The position numbers and the translations under genes are program-made. Below the pieces are notes generated by a model. The model did no database searches, had not been told where the DNA came from, and saw only the letters and a list, made by a program, of their open reading frames with translations. A stretch of 64,000 nucleotides of DNA from Chiloscyllium plagiosum. Its lineage: Eukaryota. The stretch's first letter is position 1. Each line of letters opens with the position of its first letter. The DNA lies in the NCBI RefSeq assembly GCF_004010195.1, contig NC_057720.1, positions 9,868,385 through 9,932,384 of the forward strand. The letters are read 5' to 3'. This document shows, one piece after another, positions 1 to 12,970 of the stretch.

Positions 1-239
1 TTAGTCTTGAAACGCCCCACCATGGGGAAAAGACACCTGCCATTCACCTTATCTATACCCCTCATGATATTGCAAACCTCTCTAAGGTCACCTCTCAACC
101 ATATATTCAAATATACTCCCCTGATTATTATGGGAATTATAATATGAAGATTGACATTAGTGTCATCGAAAGTGTAGGCAATTTTCACAATATAGTGTGA
201 TTCTAATCATGGGTAGGGTTGTTTTGAGGGTTCGTAGGA

Positions 240-1135
240 TCACAGAATCACAAAATATCAAAGAGGCCCTTCTGCCCAATGAGTCTGCACTGCCAAAGTA
301 TAGTACTGTATATTAGTCCCACTTCCCAGCACGAGAACCATAGCCTTGAATGTTACAACTACAAGTGCTCATCTGAGTATTCTTAAACGTTTCTGAAGCT
401 TCCTGCCTCCACTACCCTCCCAGGCTGTATATTCTGGATCCCTACCACCCCCTGAGTGAGAAAACAATCTCCTCAAATCCCCTCAAAACACCCTGCCTTT
501 TACCTTAAAATTATGCCCCCTTGTTTCCACCAGGCTGCTTTCTGTCCACCCTGTCGCTGTCTCTCACAATCTTGTACATCTCAGTCACATTCCCTCCTTG
601 ACCTTTTCTACTCTTAAGAAAACAACTTGAGCTTATCCAACCTCTCTTCATGGCTAAAACACACCATCCTGAGAACATCCTATTGAATATGAAACAAAAA
701 CAGAAACTGCTGGAAGAACTCAACAGGTTCAGCAGCAACTGTGAAGAGAAAGCAAAATTAATGATTTGAGTCCAGTGACTGGAGTCCGACATCACTGGAC
801 CCAAAGTTTCTCCAGTAATATCTATTTTTGTCTCAGATTTCTAGCATCCACTGTTCTTCGGTTTCCCTTCTGGTGAATCTCCTCTGCACCCCCTCCAGTG
901 CAATCATATCCTTCCTGTAGTGCACAGAGTAGAACTTTTCATGTAGTCCTTTAGCTCTGGCCTCACCAAAGTCCTATACACCTCTAACATGACCTCTCAG
1001 CTATTTTAATGTATGCCACTACCTAATAAACTCGATTGCTTCATATGCCATCTTAACTACCTGATTAACCTGCCCGGCCACCTTCAGGAATCTGTTGACA
1101 AGCTTCCAAAGGTCTCTCTGTTCCTTTGAGTTTCT
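240..1135 (-). mobile_element. Degenerate CR1 LINE 3' fragment, interrupted by a degenerate PLE hairpin (about 691-865)
   Basis: Reverse complement resembles the CR1 ORF2 end and 3' UTR seen in better-preserved copies in this window. Confidence 0.6.
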
Positions 1136-1629
1136 TTCCATTCATTGAGTATTCCCAATTGATTGAAGGTACAATGACTTTGTCTAATTCTCAGGTTATA
1201 TGAACAGAATGGCTTTAGGACGGTTCAAAACACAGTGGATAAATCAGTTCGATAACGCAGTAGGTGAAATCAATTTGTAACTGGGTGACCCTATAGCACC
1301 ACTGATAGTGTGATTCAAGGTCCAATTGTTAGAGTGTTTAAAATATATTGGGCAGGGTGACTCAGTAGCATCATGAATAGGGCAGTTCAAGACTAGCTTC
1401 AGTGAGTAATGGACTGGGTGCCTCAGTGATCTATTGAATAGGGCCTCTCAGTTGGACAATACACAGCATGGGTCCATAGTTACAATGAAAAAGCTTGCTT
1501 CAAGTCTCATTGTCAAGATGGAATGAACAGTGCAACTTGCTGAAGTGATGGATCCATCTTCAAATATATGCTCACCCCTTTGCCTGCCACACCTCCTTCC
1601 CCACCTGAGCACCCATCATCAGCATGAAT

Positions 1630-2240
1630 TCCACTTACCTTTATTGGTCAATGCATTGAGTATAAGAGTTGGGACTTTATCCATTCAGGGATATTAGTGA
1701 GGCTTCTTTCAGAATACTGCGTGCAATTCTGGTTGTCCTTCCAAAGGAAGGATGTTGTTAAACTTGAGAAGGTGCAGAAAAGATTTACAAGGAGGTTGCC
1801 AGAACTGGAGGGTTGGAGTTATGGGGAGAGGCTGGATAAGCTGGGGCTTTTTACCCTGGAGTGTCAGTGGCTGAGGGGTGACCTTATAGAGGCTTATAAA
1901 ATCTTGAGAGGCATGGATAGGGTAAATAGCCAAGGTCTTTTTGGAAGGGGTCCAAAACTAGAGGACATAGGTTTAAGGTGAGAGGGGAAAGATAAAGAAA
2001 GAACCTGTGGGTAACTTTTTTCACACAGAGTATGAGGCATGTATGGAATGAGCTGCCAGAGGAAGTCATGAAGTTGGGTCCAAATACATTTAAAATGCAT
2101 CTGGATGAGTATATGTACAGAAAGGGTTTATCGGGTTATGGGCCAAGCACTAGCAAATGGGACTAGGTCAGATTGGGATGTCCGTTCAGCATGGACGAGT
2201 TAGACCGAAGGATCTGTTTCCATGATTCTATGACTCTGTG
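1630..2240 (+). mobile_element. CR1 (HER1-like) LINE 3' fragment
   Basis: EYCVQFW...LEKVQKRFTR..LP.L...RGDLIE.YKI motifs; short ctatga-type tail. Confidence 0.9.
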
Positions 2241-3159
2241 ACAAGAAGATATGTTTTCGCTATCTATATCAAAATCTTCCATTATTTGAAAGATCTCTTT
2301 TCAGTAAGTCCTCATTTTCATTAGTGTATAAGATGTGAACATCACTGCATCACTGTAACGGCTGTGGCAGTTTCAAGGACATTTCAGAATGAACAATATT
2401 GCTGTGGAACTGAAGTGGCATATAGACAGAATAAGTACAGACAGCACATTTCAGAGGTGGGACTTTTACAGCAAGGCAACAGCTACCATTGCTGATACTA
2501 GATTTTTATTTAAGATACTTGCATTTTCTAAAAGCTCTCAGCTGCATTAGGGGAATTTAAATTCATGATTTAGATATGACTGTGTTTTGATAACTATTTC
2601 CTCTAGCTCCCTGTAAACAGCTGCAGTGTGTTTGTCCTTTCCAGTTCAGAATAACCTTATCCTTCTCATTTAAATCTATGTTGTGATGATTTGCACATTT
2701 TATTTTACCATATAACGTTTTAAAATTCTCACTGAAAAGATAATGACGGTTTCTCAAATCTCCAAGAATAGAACAGGGGTTTTGTCTGAAAATGCAGTAC
2801 CAACAACAATTGCGGAAGAAACCTTTGCTTTCAAATGCTCCTTCAGACTAAGTAAGATACACCTAGTAATCAGCTGGCCACCAAGAGTAACAACTGAGGA
2901 CAAAGCTTCACAAACCAGCGTGCAGAGAGAGATTGTTAATCCCCTGTGATATATAGCTCCTGTTCCAAAAGTGACAACAATATAATTCAACGAAAACCAT
3001 CACCAGGCTGCTGGAGCAGTTAATGAACGTGGGTGCCACATTTGGAGGTTTCTCTGTACTTTTATTTGAAATCTCTGTGGTATCTTCCTCCTCTCACTGA
3101 CACGGACTGAGGTTCAATTTCACATGTACAGTTTGAGGCAGCTTTAGTTACTTTGTACA

Positions 3160-3540
3160 ACTCTCAGTGGTTAGCATTGCTGCCTCACAGTGCCAGGAAC
3201 CCGGGTTCGATTCGAGCCTCAGGGAATGGGGTTTACACATTCTCCCTGTGTCTGCGTACATTTCCTCCGAGTGCTTGGGTTTCCTCCCACAATCCAAAGA
3301 TGTGCAAGTTAGGTAAATTGGCCACAAGAAATTGCCCATGGTGCCCAGGGATGTGCAGGCTGGGTGGGATTGATGGTGAATACAGGGGTAGAGGGGTGTG
3401 TCTGGGTGGGATGCTCTTCGGAGGGTTGGTGTGGACTCAATGGGTCAAATGGGCTGCTTCCACACTGTCAGGATGCTATGATTGCCAACAAATGCTGGTC
3501 AAATGGTCTTTTTCCATAGTGTAGGGATTCTATGATTCTA
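3160..3540 (+). mobile_element. HE1-like tRNA-derived V-SINE
   Basis: cagtggttagca A-box, ggttcgattc B-box, V-domain-like core (ttctccctgtgtctgcgt...tcctcccacaatccaaagatgtgca), ctatgatt tail. Confidence 0.85.
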
Positions 3541-3844
3541 TTTCCAGGCACAGACCCTCTCAGTGGTCACAATGGACAGGGAGGATAGGATCACGAACAG
3601 CACAGCAAGTAGCATGACTCAGTTTGTAGACAATTGAATGGATCAGGAGCACAATCAATTCGCTTGCCTCAGTCAACCACATTCGCTTTTCTCCCAGAGT
3701 TGTTAAGGTGCAGAAAGAGGCCATTCATCCCATCATTCCTGCACTGGCTCTTCAAACAAACATCATTGCCTATCTCTCACAGACAATTTCTATGCAAGTA
3801 ATCATCCAATGTCCCTCTTGCATGCCTCAATTGAACCTGGCTCC

Positions 3845-4380
3845 AAACTAAGGGAACGTTTTGCTGAGCATCTCAGCCAGGCCCATGGGGCTGACCGGAC
3901 CTCCCAGTCACCGCCCCTTTTAATTCCCCTTCCCACTCCCTTTCCAACATGACCATCCTTGGCCTCCTCCATTACCACAGTGAATCAGACCGCAAATTGG
4001 AGGATCAACACCTCATCTTCCGCCCGGGCATCCTGCAGACTGGAGGACTCAACACTGAGTTCTTCAATTTCCAATCCCTTCCCATCCCCACCTCTCTTCC
4101 CAGCCCCTCCTCCTCCCTTCCATTCCCCTCATCGACCTTTCCTTCCAGCCACCAATCGGATTCAGTCCCCCCAATGACCAACCAGGTCGTACCTCTACCT
4201 GTCTTCACCTATCCCTACCTCACCAGCCTGCCCCTGCCACCCCCTTTGTCTGCAGCTCCCCTTACACCCACCCCAAGTCCTAAAGAAGGGTTATGTTGAC
4301 TTCTCCACCTCCTGACGCTGCCTGGCATTCTGTGTTCCTGCTTGTCTACTTTAGAATCTAGCATCTGCGTTTGTTTTTGT
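3845..4380 (+). mobile_element. Penelope-like element 3' fragment (end of GIY-YIG endonuclease plus terminal repeat with damaged HHR)
   Basis: ...RKLEDQHLIFRPGILQTGGLN; C-rich 3' region; same family as 44889-45403. Confidence 0.8.
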
Positions 4381-5029
4381 CACCATCACATTTCCAAGCA
4401 GTGCATTCTGAACCCTAACTACACGCTGGGTAAGAAAGTATTTTTTTCTCACATCACAATTATTTCCTTTGCACATCACTTTAAATCTATGCCCTCTCCG
4501 CCTTTTCCCTTTAATGAGCGTTAACAGCTTCTCCCTGTCCACTGTGTCCAACCTGCTCAGGACGTTTTACACGAATATCGAGGAAGAGTGATCAAGAGGA
4601 ACCAATGAAACACTTGCATTTAGGTAGCACCTTTCACACCCTTGTTATCATCCAAAGTACTTTAGAAACGTAGTCACAGGGTGCAATTTAAGAAAGTTAG
4701 CAGCATTACAGTGCACAGGAAGACCACAAATACTAACATGATAATCCCATCTGTTTTCAGTGTTATTAAGGCAGTGACAAATACACACCAGGAGATCAAG
4801 AAGGCACGGGATGAATACTACCATGAAGGTAGTTGGTGGGGAAGCAGGAGATTAGTACCAGGCAGTGATGCTCAGAGCAGGAATGATGGGCTAAATGGCC
4901 TCCTTCTGCATTCCAACAATTCTGTCATTCTGAGATTGGTGAGGACTTTCATGCCCTTCCAGTAGGTACTGCCACTGGATCATTTACACCTGCCTGAAAA
5001 GTCAGACGGTAAGGAATCTGCCTTCTGAA

Positions 5030-5282
5030 AGTGCACAGTGGCTCAGTGGTTAGCAGGGAGCCGGGTTCGATTCCACCTTTCGGCGGCTATCTGTGTGGAG
5101 TTTGCACGTTCTCCCCCATATCTTGTGTTTGTTTCCTCTAGGTGCTCCAGTTACCTCCCACAGTCCAAAGATGTGCAAGTTAGGTGGATTGGCCATGGTT
5201 TGGGTGTGATTATCTTTGGAGGGTCGGTATGGATTCAATGGGCTGAATGGCTTGCTTCCGCAGTATATGGATTCTATGATTG
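5030..5282 (+). mobile_element. HE1-like SINE (internally deleted)
   Basis: A/B boxes and V-domain core. Confidence 0.8.
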
Positions 5283-5384
5283 TACTGTTGATTTAATCTT
5301 TGACGGTGATTGAATGACCAGCCTGATGCCAGTCTTAATTGACGATGGATGAGATCTCATGAATGTACTCATTGTATTTGGCAG

Positions 5385-5553
5385 ATCATGTGCCCGTGGT
5401 GCAATGGCATTACTCTTCCTCCTTGGAGCTACCTGGACCTTCGGTGTTCTGCACATTATCATGGGATCCATGGTGACAGCATATTTGTTCACTATCTCTA
5501 ATGCATTCCAAGGGATGTTCATCTTTATATTTCTCTGCATCCTATCAAAGAAA
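5385..5553 (+). CDS. ADGRL4: ADGRL4/ELTD1 adhesion GPCR, penultimate coding exon (TM6-TM7)
   Basis: 169-bp exon bounded by ...gcag| and |gtaagt; encodes (R)[56 protein letters not shown], typical of the latrophilin/ELTD1 7TM end; splices in phase 0 to the exon at 14582. Confidence 0.95.
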
Positions 5554-5737
5554 GTAAGTTTCACTTCTCAACAAAATGGTAAAACTTTGAAATCCTCCCA
5601 GAAACATGAAAGTGGGTGAAACATTTTCAGTGCCAAGAGGGTGGGGGAATCAATAGTGGCCACTCAAACCGAAAGGAAGGTGAAACAACATTGACAGTAC
5701 CTTTTATAAACTCAGGACATACTAAAGTAGTTTACAG

Positions 5738-5918
5738 GAGAAAGTGAGGACTGCAGATGCTGAAGATCAGAATTGAAAAGTGTGGTGCTGGAAAAGCCCA
5801 GCAGGTCAGGCAGCATCCGAGGAGCAGGAGAGTCGACATTTCAGGCATGAACAGTCATTCAACTCTCCTGCTCCTCGGATGCTGTCTTACCTGCTGTGAT
5901 ATCACACTTTTTGACTTG
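5738..5918. mobile_element. PLE terminal-repeat hairpin insertion
   Basis: Inverted arms; TSD aaagta(g/t)tttacag at 5724-5737 and 5919-5932. Confidence 0.8.
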
Positions 5919-6204
5919 AAAGTATTTTACAGCCAATGTAAAACTTTCGTGGAGTAGGCAATATGGGAAATATTGGAGCTAATTTGCACGCAGCAAATCC
6001 AACAAACTGCAATTAAATAAGTGACGAGGTATTGCTTTGTTATTCACTCATGGGACATAGGTATCACTAGCTGGCTGGCACTTTATTGTTCATCCCCAGT
6101 TGCCCCTTGAGAAGCTGATGGTGAGTTGCCTTCTTGAACTGCTGCAGTCCATGTGCCATAGGTTGACCCACAATGCCCTTCAGGAGAGAATTCTAGGATG
6201 TTTT

Positions 6205-6500
6205 TCCCTCACATAAAACCGTGCTGACCATCCCTATTAATTCCTTGCCTCTCCAAGTGCATATAAATCCTATCTTTCAGAATCACCTCCAACACCTTAC
6301 CCACCACTGAAGTCAGACTCTCAGGTCTATAGTTCCCAGGCCTCTCCTTACATCTTTTCTTAAACAAAGGCACAACATTCGCCACTCTCCAGTCATCCAG
6401 CACCTCACCCAGAGTTATAGGTGACACAAATATTTCTGCAAGGAACCCTGCAATTCCCTCCCTAACTTCTCACCGCGTCCTGTCATTCTCTGAAGATTTA
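6205..6500 (-). mobile_element. CR1 reverse transcriptase fragment
   Basis: DWRVANVVPLFKK...PGNYRP.SLTSVVGK. Confidence 0.9.
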
Positions 6501-7185
6501 TCCATTGCACTTGAGAAGGTAGTGGTGAGCTGCCTTCTTGAACCACTGCAGTCCACCTGTGACCCACAATGCTATTAAGGAGAGAATTCCAGGATTTTAA
6601 CCCTCGTGATACGGAAGGAAAGGAATCTATTTCCTTGTCAGGATGGTTCAAGGCTTGGAGGAAATGTTCAGGGGCTGGTGTCCCCATGTATCTGCTGCCC
6701 TTGCTCTTCTAGATGGAGCTGGTCTTGGGTCTGGAAGGTGCTGTCTGAGGATCTTTGATGAATTTCTGCAGTGCTTCTTGCAAAATGTATACGCTGCTGC
6801 TACTGAGCATCAGTAAGTGGAGGGTGTGGATGCTTGCGTCATGCCAATCAAGCGGGCTGCTTTATCTTGGATGGTGTCGAGCTTCTTGAGTGTTGTTGGA
6901 GCTGCACCCATCCAGGCAAGTGGGGAGTATTCCATCTCACTCCTGAATGGTGTCTCTGGATGGTGGAAAGGCTGTAGGGGGTTCAGGAGGAGACTTACTT
7001 GCCACACTATTCCTAGCCTCTAACCTGCACTTGTAGCCACTATATTTATATTGTGAGTCAAATTGAGTTTTTGGTCAATGATAACCTCCAGGGTTTTGAT
7101 TATGATGGGGGGGGGTTAATTGATGGTAACATCATTGAATGTCAAGTGGCAGTGATTCGATTGTCTCTAATTGGAGATGGTCATT
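6500..7185 (-). mobile_element. L2/CR1-group LINE 3' fragment (distinct family)
   Basis: MEYSPLAWMGAAPTTLKKLDTIQDKAARLIG, a typical LINE ORF2 C-terminal motif. Confidence 0.7.
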
Positions 7186-7781
7186 ACCGTGTGGCAAGCA
7201 AAATACTGCAGATGCTGGAGAAACTCAGCACGTCTGGCAGCATCTGAGGAGAGAGAATAAGAGTTAACATTTTGAGTCAATTATTACTCTTCTTCAGAAC
7301 ATGTGATGTGTCCCGAATCAGATATGGAATGTCTCTGTGCTCCAGTCCCACTGTCATTGTTAACCCTCCAATCTGAGGCCACAGTCAACAAAGAATGGCA
7401 ATATCCCTTCATGTAAAAATTATTTCCCACATGAACACATCATGGCCTTTGACCAGCAGCAGCTGATCATCTAAACCTTCTTTCCTATGAACTCGCCTCC
7501 CTCTACACTGCTCCCCTCAAGATCAGACTTCTCTCCAATGAGCCCACTGTCACCAATCCAGACACATTCAGAAGTTCATTCTTGATGAAGGGCTTATGCC
7601 AAAAACATCGATTCTCCTGCTCCTCAGATGCTGCCTGACCTGCTGTGCTTTTCCAGCATCACACACTTGACTCTGATCTCCATCATCTGCAGTCCTCACT
7701 TTCTCCTCCACATTCAGAGGTGCTGTAGAATAACCAGCTATTTCTAGGTCATCCATTTCATTGAGGATGAATGGTTTTCAT

Positions 7782-8047
7782 AGTTAAAAAGCACACAACA
7801 CCAGGTTATGGTCTAACAGGTTTAATTGTTGGCAAAAGTGAGGACTGCAGATGCTGGAAACCAAAGTTTAGATCAGAGTGGTGCTGGAAAAGCACAGCAG
7901 GTCAGGCAGCATCCGAGGAGCAGGAGAATCGACGTTTCGGGCAAAAGCCCTTCATCATGAATAGAGCTTCGGAATAGGTTTAATTATTGGACTATAACCT
8001 GGTGTTGTGTGATTTTTAACTCCAGTCCAACAACGGCACCTCCAAAT
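7782..8047. mobile_element. Hairpin insertion with a nested PLE terminal repeat (7833-7975)
   Basis: Outer arms 7782-7816 and 7987-8021 with TSD aatg(g/a)ttttcat; inner insert has TSD aggtttaatt(g/a)ttgg. Confidence 0.75.
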
Positions 8048-8629
8048 AATGATTTTCATGTGCTGGAGAGAGCATATGAAGAGGAATCAGCCATTCATCC
8101 CTGAACCAGTTCCATTGTTCAGTTAAATCATAACAAGAAGAACTGTAATGTTGAATGCTATTTCTTTATTTTTCTGCCTTTATGAAGTATGTTTTGGTTT
8201 ATTTTTTCTGTGTTTTAAGGTGGTGACAGAAAGCGGCGACATTGTACAACATTTTTCACTATATTTTGGAACAGTAAATAAGTAAATAGATAGATAAAAT
8301 AAAGAAATGCTTTTGACATCTTTCTTTATGTTACTAGCTAGCTTACTCTCAAACTTCATCTTTTTCCCCCTTATTACTTTTTTTAGTTATCCTTTAGTGG
8401 TTATTAAAGATTTCCCACTAATCTTCACCACGCTGCATGCTTTTATTTTTGCTTTTATGCCATCTCTAACTTCCTTTGTCAGCCATGATTGCTTCATCCT
8501 TCCCTTTGTATGTTTCTTCTTCCTCAGAATGAATTTCTGTTGCGCCTCCTGAATTAACCCCACCATCTTCCCTGCTCGGTTTCCCTGCCAACAATTCTGG
8601 CCAGCCTTTGTAGTTACCTTTACTTAAGG

Positions 8630-8965
8630 GAAGCAATGACCTAGTCGTATTATTGCTAGTTTGCTAATCCAGAAATTCATATAATGTTCTCGGGGCCTCT
8701 TTTCAAATCCCACCAGGGCAGATGGAACTCAAATAAGAAAAGTCTGAAATTAAGAGTTTAGTGATGACCATAAAGCCATTGTTGGAAAAACCCATCAGGC
8801 TCACTAAAGCTCCTTAGGGAAGGAAATTGCAGTCCTTACCTGGTCTGGTCTACATGTGACTCCAGACCCACAGCAACGTGGTTGATTCTTAACTGTCCTC
8901 TGGATAATTAGGGATGGATAATAAGGCCTGGATTAGTCAGCAATGACCATATCCTACGAATGTAC
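8630..8965 (+). mobile_element. Deu-domain SINE (SacSINE1/AmnSINE1-like)
   Basis: Core gggaaggaaa..tgc.gtccttacctggtctgg.ctacatgtgactccagacccacagcaa.gtggttga.tcttaac; recurs near 26.8, 32.0, 42.1 and 46.7 kb. Confidence 0.7.
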
Positions 8966-9536
8966 AAAAAACATTTGCAAGACTATCTGATTCCAGCTTC
9001 TCCCTCTCAAACTGCTGGGTGAATTCTATCAAACTATGGTCACTGCCCCCTCAGGGTTCCTTCGCTAAAACCTCCCTCATTAAGTCTGCCTCATTACACA
9101 TCACCTACCCTAATTAAAGTGATGTACAGCTCCAATATATCCCCTCTGCTCTTATAATCTTTGCCGTGAAAGATAAATCCAGGTGTTCCGTATGCCTTCT
9201 TAATCACTGTTAACCTGTCCTGCCACCTTCAGGGATCTGTGGATGAGCTCCATAACATCTCTCTGTCCTACTGAGCCTCCTTGTATTCCATACGCCTTCC
9301 TGTCTGACTCGTTTAGTGTTTCAAAACATTTATGTACATGGGCCCACATAACCTTTTTAAGACAATAATACATTTATTGCATCTTTTCATGACAGTATAC
9401 CTTCCCAAGTGTAATTACTTGGGAATATAAATGTGTTAGAACTGTCTTGAGAGTTATGAGACAGCATTTGCCTGGGTTTTGACATACCCAGAAGTATTAG
9501 CAAGTGAATTTCTGCTGCTTACCTGTCTGTGTGTGA

Positions 9537-9727
9537 GGAGAAAGTGAGGACTGCAGATGCTGGAGATCAGAGCTGAAAATGTGTTGCTGGAAAAGTGCAG
9601 CAGGTCAGGCAGCATCCAGGGAACAGGAGAATCGACGTTTCGGGCATAAGCCCTATCAAACTATTCCTGAAGAAGGGCTTATGCCCGAAACGTCGATTCT
9701 CCTGTTCCCTGGATGCTGCCTGACCTG
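9537..9727. mobile_element. PLE terminal-repeat hairpin insertion
   Basis: Near-perfect inverted arms; 16-bp direct flank acctgtctgtgtgtga at 9521-9536 and 9723-9738. Confidence 0.9.
9663..9698 (+). ncRNA. Minimal type-I hammerhead ribozyme motif (intact core)
   Basis: attc-CTGAAGA-A-GGGC(TTAT)GCCC-GAAAC-GTC-gatt. Confidence 0.75.
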
Positions 9728-10741
9728 TCTGTGTGTGAATCCATACCAAAAATCACAAAAAAACAAGTTACATTCCAGCCCTTGGATTCCTAAACAGCTG
9801 AATGTAAAGCATTTAACAGCTTTACTAAGTCACTAAAGAATAAAAAAGTGAAGCAAAACACCGTTGCTAATACAGAAGTGATTCAGAATGATTACATTCA
9901 GAGCTGAGATGATTGCAAGGCATTTGCCTTCAAGTGTATTGGCTAGATATCCCCTTCATCACTGATCTGACTGTGTACTTTCTCTCATAGGATTCTGCAT
10001 TCAACCCTAATACATCCATTGACTGTGTTAACCGTCTGGTTTATTTCTTCCTAAAGGTTAATTGCTGAAGGTTAACCTTGCAGTAATAGCTTGTGACAAG
10101 ATCATTTTGGCAGAAAACGTCACCATCTAACTAAATAGTAAACAGATTTGAAATCACTTTTCTGGTAGCGTTCCTGTCCTCATTATTGTTCTTATTTAGC
10201 AAGGATTTCCTGATGGGCCTTAACACACAATATGCATTCTGCTGTTCAAAGTCTATTGATTCGGAAAGGTATGTGTCAACATTAGCTGAGCTTGACAACA
10301 TTTCTCTTAATGCGACAATGAGGAGATAACCAATTATAGTGAGCAAAAGGTTCTATCTTCTCCACTAAGCAAGGTCAAAGGGCAAGAGCATATGACATGC
10401 TAAGTCTCTGGTCAATATTTTCAGACGTTTCCCCTTTAATCAATACTATCTATTTTCTTCTCAGTTTTAGGTCTCATTTTCCTCATGTCAACACAGTCAC
10501 TTCACTCATCACTTTGATTTTCACCCGTTGAATCTTAAATATCAAAAATACTTCATTAGCTCATATATAAATACTTATCAAAGTTTCCTGGTAATCACTG
10601 TCCAGAAAGAACCTAATCTGGCAGCTGTTCTTCTCTCCAAAACACAGAAAAATGCCATTCAGCCCCATTGGTCCAGACTAGCATGATCCATTTGAGTCTC
10701 CTCTCACTTTACCTTATCAACATTTCTCCCCCTTGGGATTA

Positions 10742-11200
10742 GAGAATCCCTATAGCATGGAAGCTGACCATTCAGCCCATCAAGTCCACGCCAACCCTCC
10801 AATGAGTATTCCACCTAGACCCACCCTATCTCTGCATTCCCCATGGCTAAACCAGCTGACGTGAACATCTTTGGACTGTGGGAGGAAGCCAGAGCACCCA
10901 GAGGAAACCCACACAAACAAAGGGAGAATGTGTAAACTCCACACAAATGTTACCTGAGGAATCAAACCTGGGTCCCTGGTGCTGTGAGGCAGCAGTGCTA
11001 ACTAATGCACCTAACACTATGGGCAATTTAGCATGGCCAATTCGCCTGACCTGCACATCTTTGGACTGTGGGAGGAAACCCACACAGACATGGGGAGAAT
11101 GTACAAACTCCACACAGACAATCACCCAAGGCTGGAATCAAACCTGGGACCCTAGTGCTGTGAGGCAATAGTGCTAACCACTGAGCCACCGTGCCACCCT
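10742..11200 (-). mobile_element. Two tandem or nested HE1-like SINEs
   Basis: V-domain core duplicated (10860-11000 and 11020-11200). Confidence 0.85.
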
Positions 11201-12511
11201 CAGGATTTATGATTACTTGGAAAACCATAGTTTGATTAGAGATAGTCAGCATTGCTTTGTGAGGGGAAGGTCTTGCCTCATAAACCTTATTGAATTCTTT
11301 GAGGATGTGACAAAACACATTGATGAAGGTAGAGCAGTGGATGTAGTGTGCATGGATTTTAGCAAGGCATTTGATAAAGTTCCCCATGGTAGGCTCATTC
11401 AGAAAGTAAGGAGGCATGGGATACTGGGAAGCCTGTCTGTCTGGATACAGAATTAGTTGGCCCGTAGAAGACAGAGGGTGGTGGTAGATGGAAAGTATTC
11501 AGCCTGGAGTTTGGTGACCAGTAGTGTTCCGCAGGGATCGGTTCTGGGACCTATGCTCTTTGTGGCTTTTATAAATTACTTGGATGAAATAGTGGAAGGG
11601 TGAGTTAGTAAGTTAGCCAATGACACAAAGGTTAGTGAAGTTGTGGATAGTGTGGAGGGCTGTTGTAGGTTGCAATGAGACATTGACAGGATACAGAACT
11701 AGGATGATAAGTGGCAGATGGAGTTCAACCTGGAAAAGTGAGAAGTAATTCACTTTGGTAGGTCAAATTTGAATGCAGAATACAAGGTTAAAGAAAGGAT
11801 TCTTGGCAGTGTGGAGGAACAGAGGGATCTTGGGGTCCATGTCCATAGATCGCTCAAAATTGCCATCCAAGTTGATAGGGTTATTAAGGAGGCGCATGGT
11901 GTGTTGGCTTTCGTTAGCAAGGGGATTGAGTTTAAGAGCTGTGAGGTTATGCTGCAGCTCTTTAGAACCCTGGTTAGGCCACACTTGGAATATTGTGTTC
12001 AGTTCTGGTCGCCTCATTATAGGGAAGATGTAAAAGCTTTTAGACAAGATGCAGAGGAGATTTACCAGGATGCTGCGTAGACTGAAGGGCATCGCTTATG
12101 AAGAAAGGTTGAGGGAGCTAAGGCTTTTCTCTTTGGTGCGAAGAAGGATGAGAGGTGACTTGATAGAAGTGTACAAGATGTTGAGAGGCATAGATAGAGT
12201 GGATAGCCAGAGACTTTTTCCCAGGGCAGAAATGTCTATCATGAGGGGATATAATTTTAAAATAATTGGAGGAAGATTTCGGAGAGATGTCAGAGATAGG
12301 TTCTTTACACAGAGAGTGGTAGGTACGTGGAATGCACTGCTGACAGTTGTAGTCAAGTCAGCTACATTCGGGACGTTTAAGTGCCTCTTGGATAGGCACA
12401 TGGAAAATAGTGCATTGAAGGGTATGTAGGTTAGTCTGATCTTAGAGTGGAATAAAAGGTCAGCACAACATTACGGGCCGAAGAGCCTGTACTGTGCTGT
12501 ACTGTTCTATG
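11200..12511 (+). mobile_element. CR1 LINE, 5'-truncated and decayed; tail resumes at 12736-12760
   Basis: SCLINLIEFFE, DFSKAFDKVPH, LVRPHLEYCVQFWSP; stops and frameshifts; ttctatg tail. Confidence 0.95.
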
Positions 12512-12735
12512 CTGAAAATGTGTTGCTGGAAAAGCATAGCAGGTCAGGCAGCATCCAAGAAGCAGGAGAATCAATGGTTCGGGCATGAGCCCTTCTTCAG
12601 GAATCATTCCTGAAGAAGGAGTCATGCCCGAAACATCGATTCTCCTGCTTCTTGGATGCTGCCTGACCTGCTGCATTTTTCCAGCAACACATTTTCAGCT
12701 CTGATCTCCAGCATCTGCAGTCCTCACTTTCTCCT
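12512..12735. mobile_element. PLE terminal-repeat hairpin inserted in a CR1 tail
   Basis: Long inverted arms with an HHR-like motif on each strand; TSD ctgtactgttctatg at 12497-12511 and 12736-12750. Confidence 0.9.
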
Positions 12736-12761
12736 CTGTACTGTTCTATGTTCTATGTTAT

Positions 12762-12970
12762 AGAGTCATAGAGATGTACAGCATGGAAACAGACCCTTCG
12801 GCCTAGCCCTCCATGCCGACTAGATATCCCAACCCAATCTAGTCCCACCTGCCAGCACCCGGCCCATATCCCTCCAAACCCTTCCTATTCATATACCCAT
12901 CCAAATACCTCTTAAATGTTGCAATTATACCAGCCTCCACCACATCCTCTGACAGCTCATTCCATACACG
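12762..12970 (-). mobile_element. CR1 3' end fragment
   Basis: Reverse complement of WNEL-region, 3' UTR and ctctatga tail. Confidence 0.85.

Noticed and set aside
3160..3230. SINE heads as tRNA genes
   Set aside because: A/B boxes continue into SINE bodies and there is no complete cloverleaf
1..5384. Upstream ADGRL4 exon (TM5/ICL3)
   Set aside because: I could not find it; it presumably lies before the window start
5359..5619. 86-aa ORF as a standalone gene
   Set aside because: Only 5385-5553 is exonic; the flanks are intron read-through
9567..9836. Recurrent short ORFs (AGQAASEEQENRRF, MLPDLLCF, AQWLALLPH)
   Set aside because: Translations of PLE terminal repeats and HE1 SINEs, not host genes
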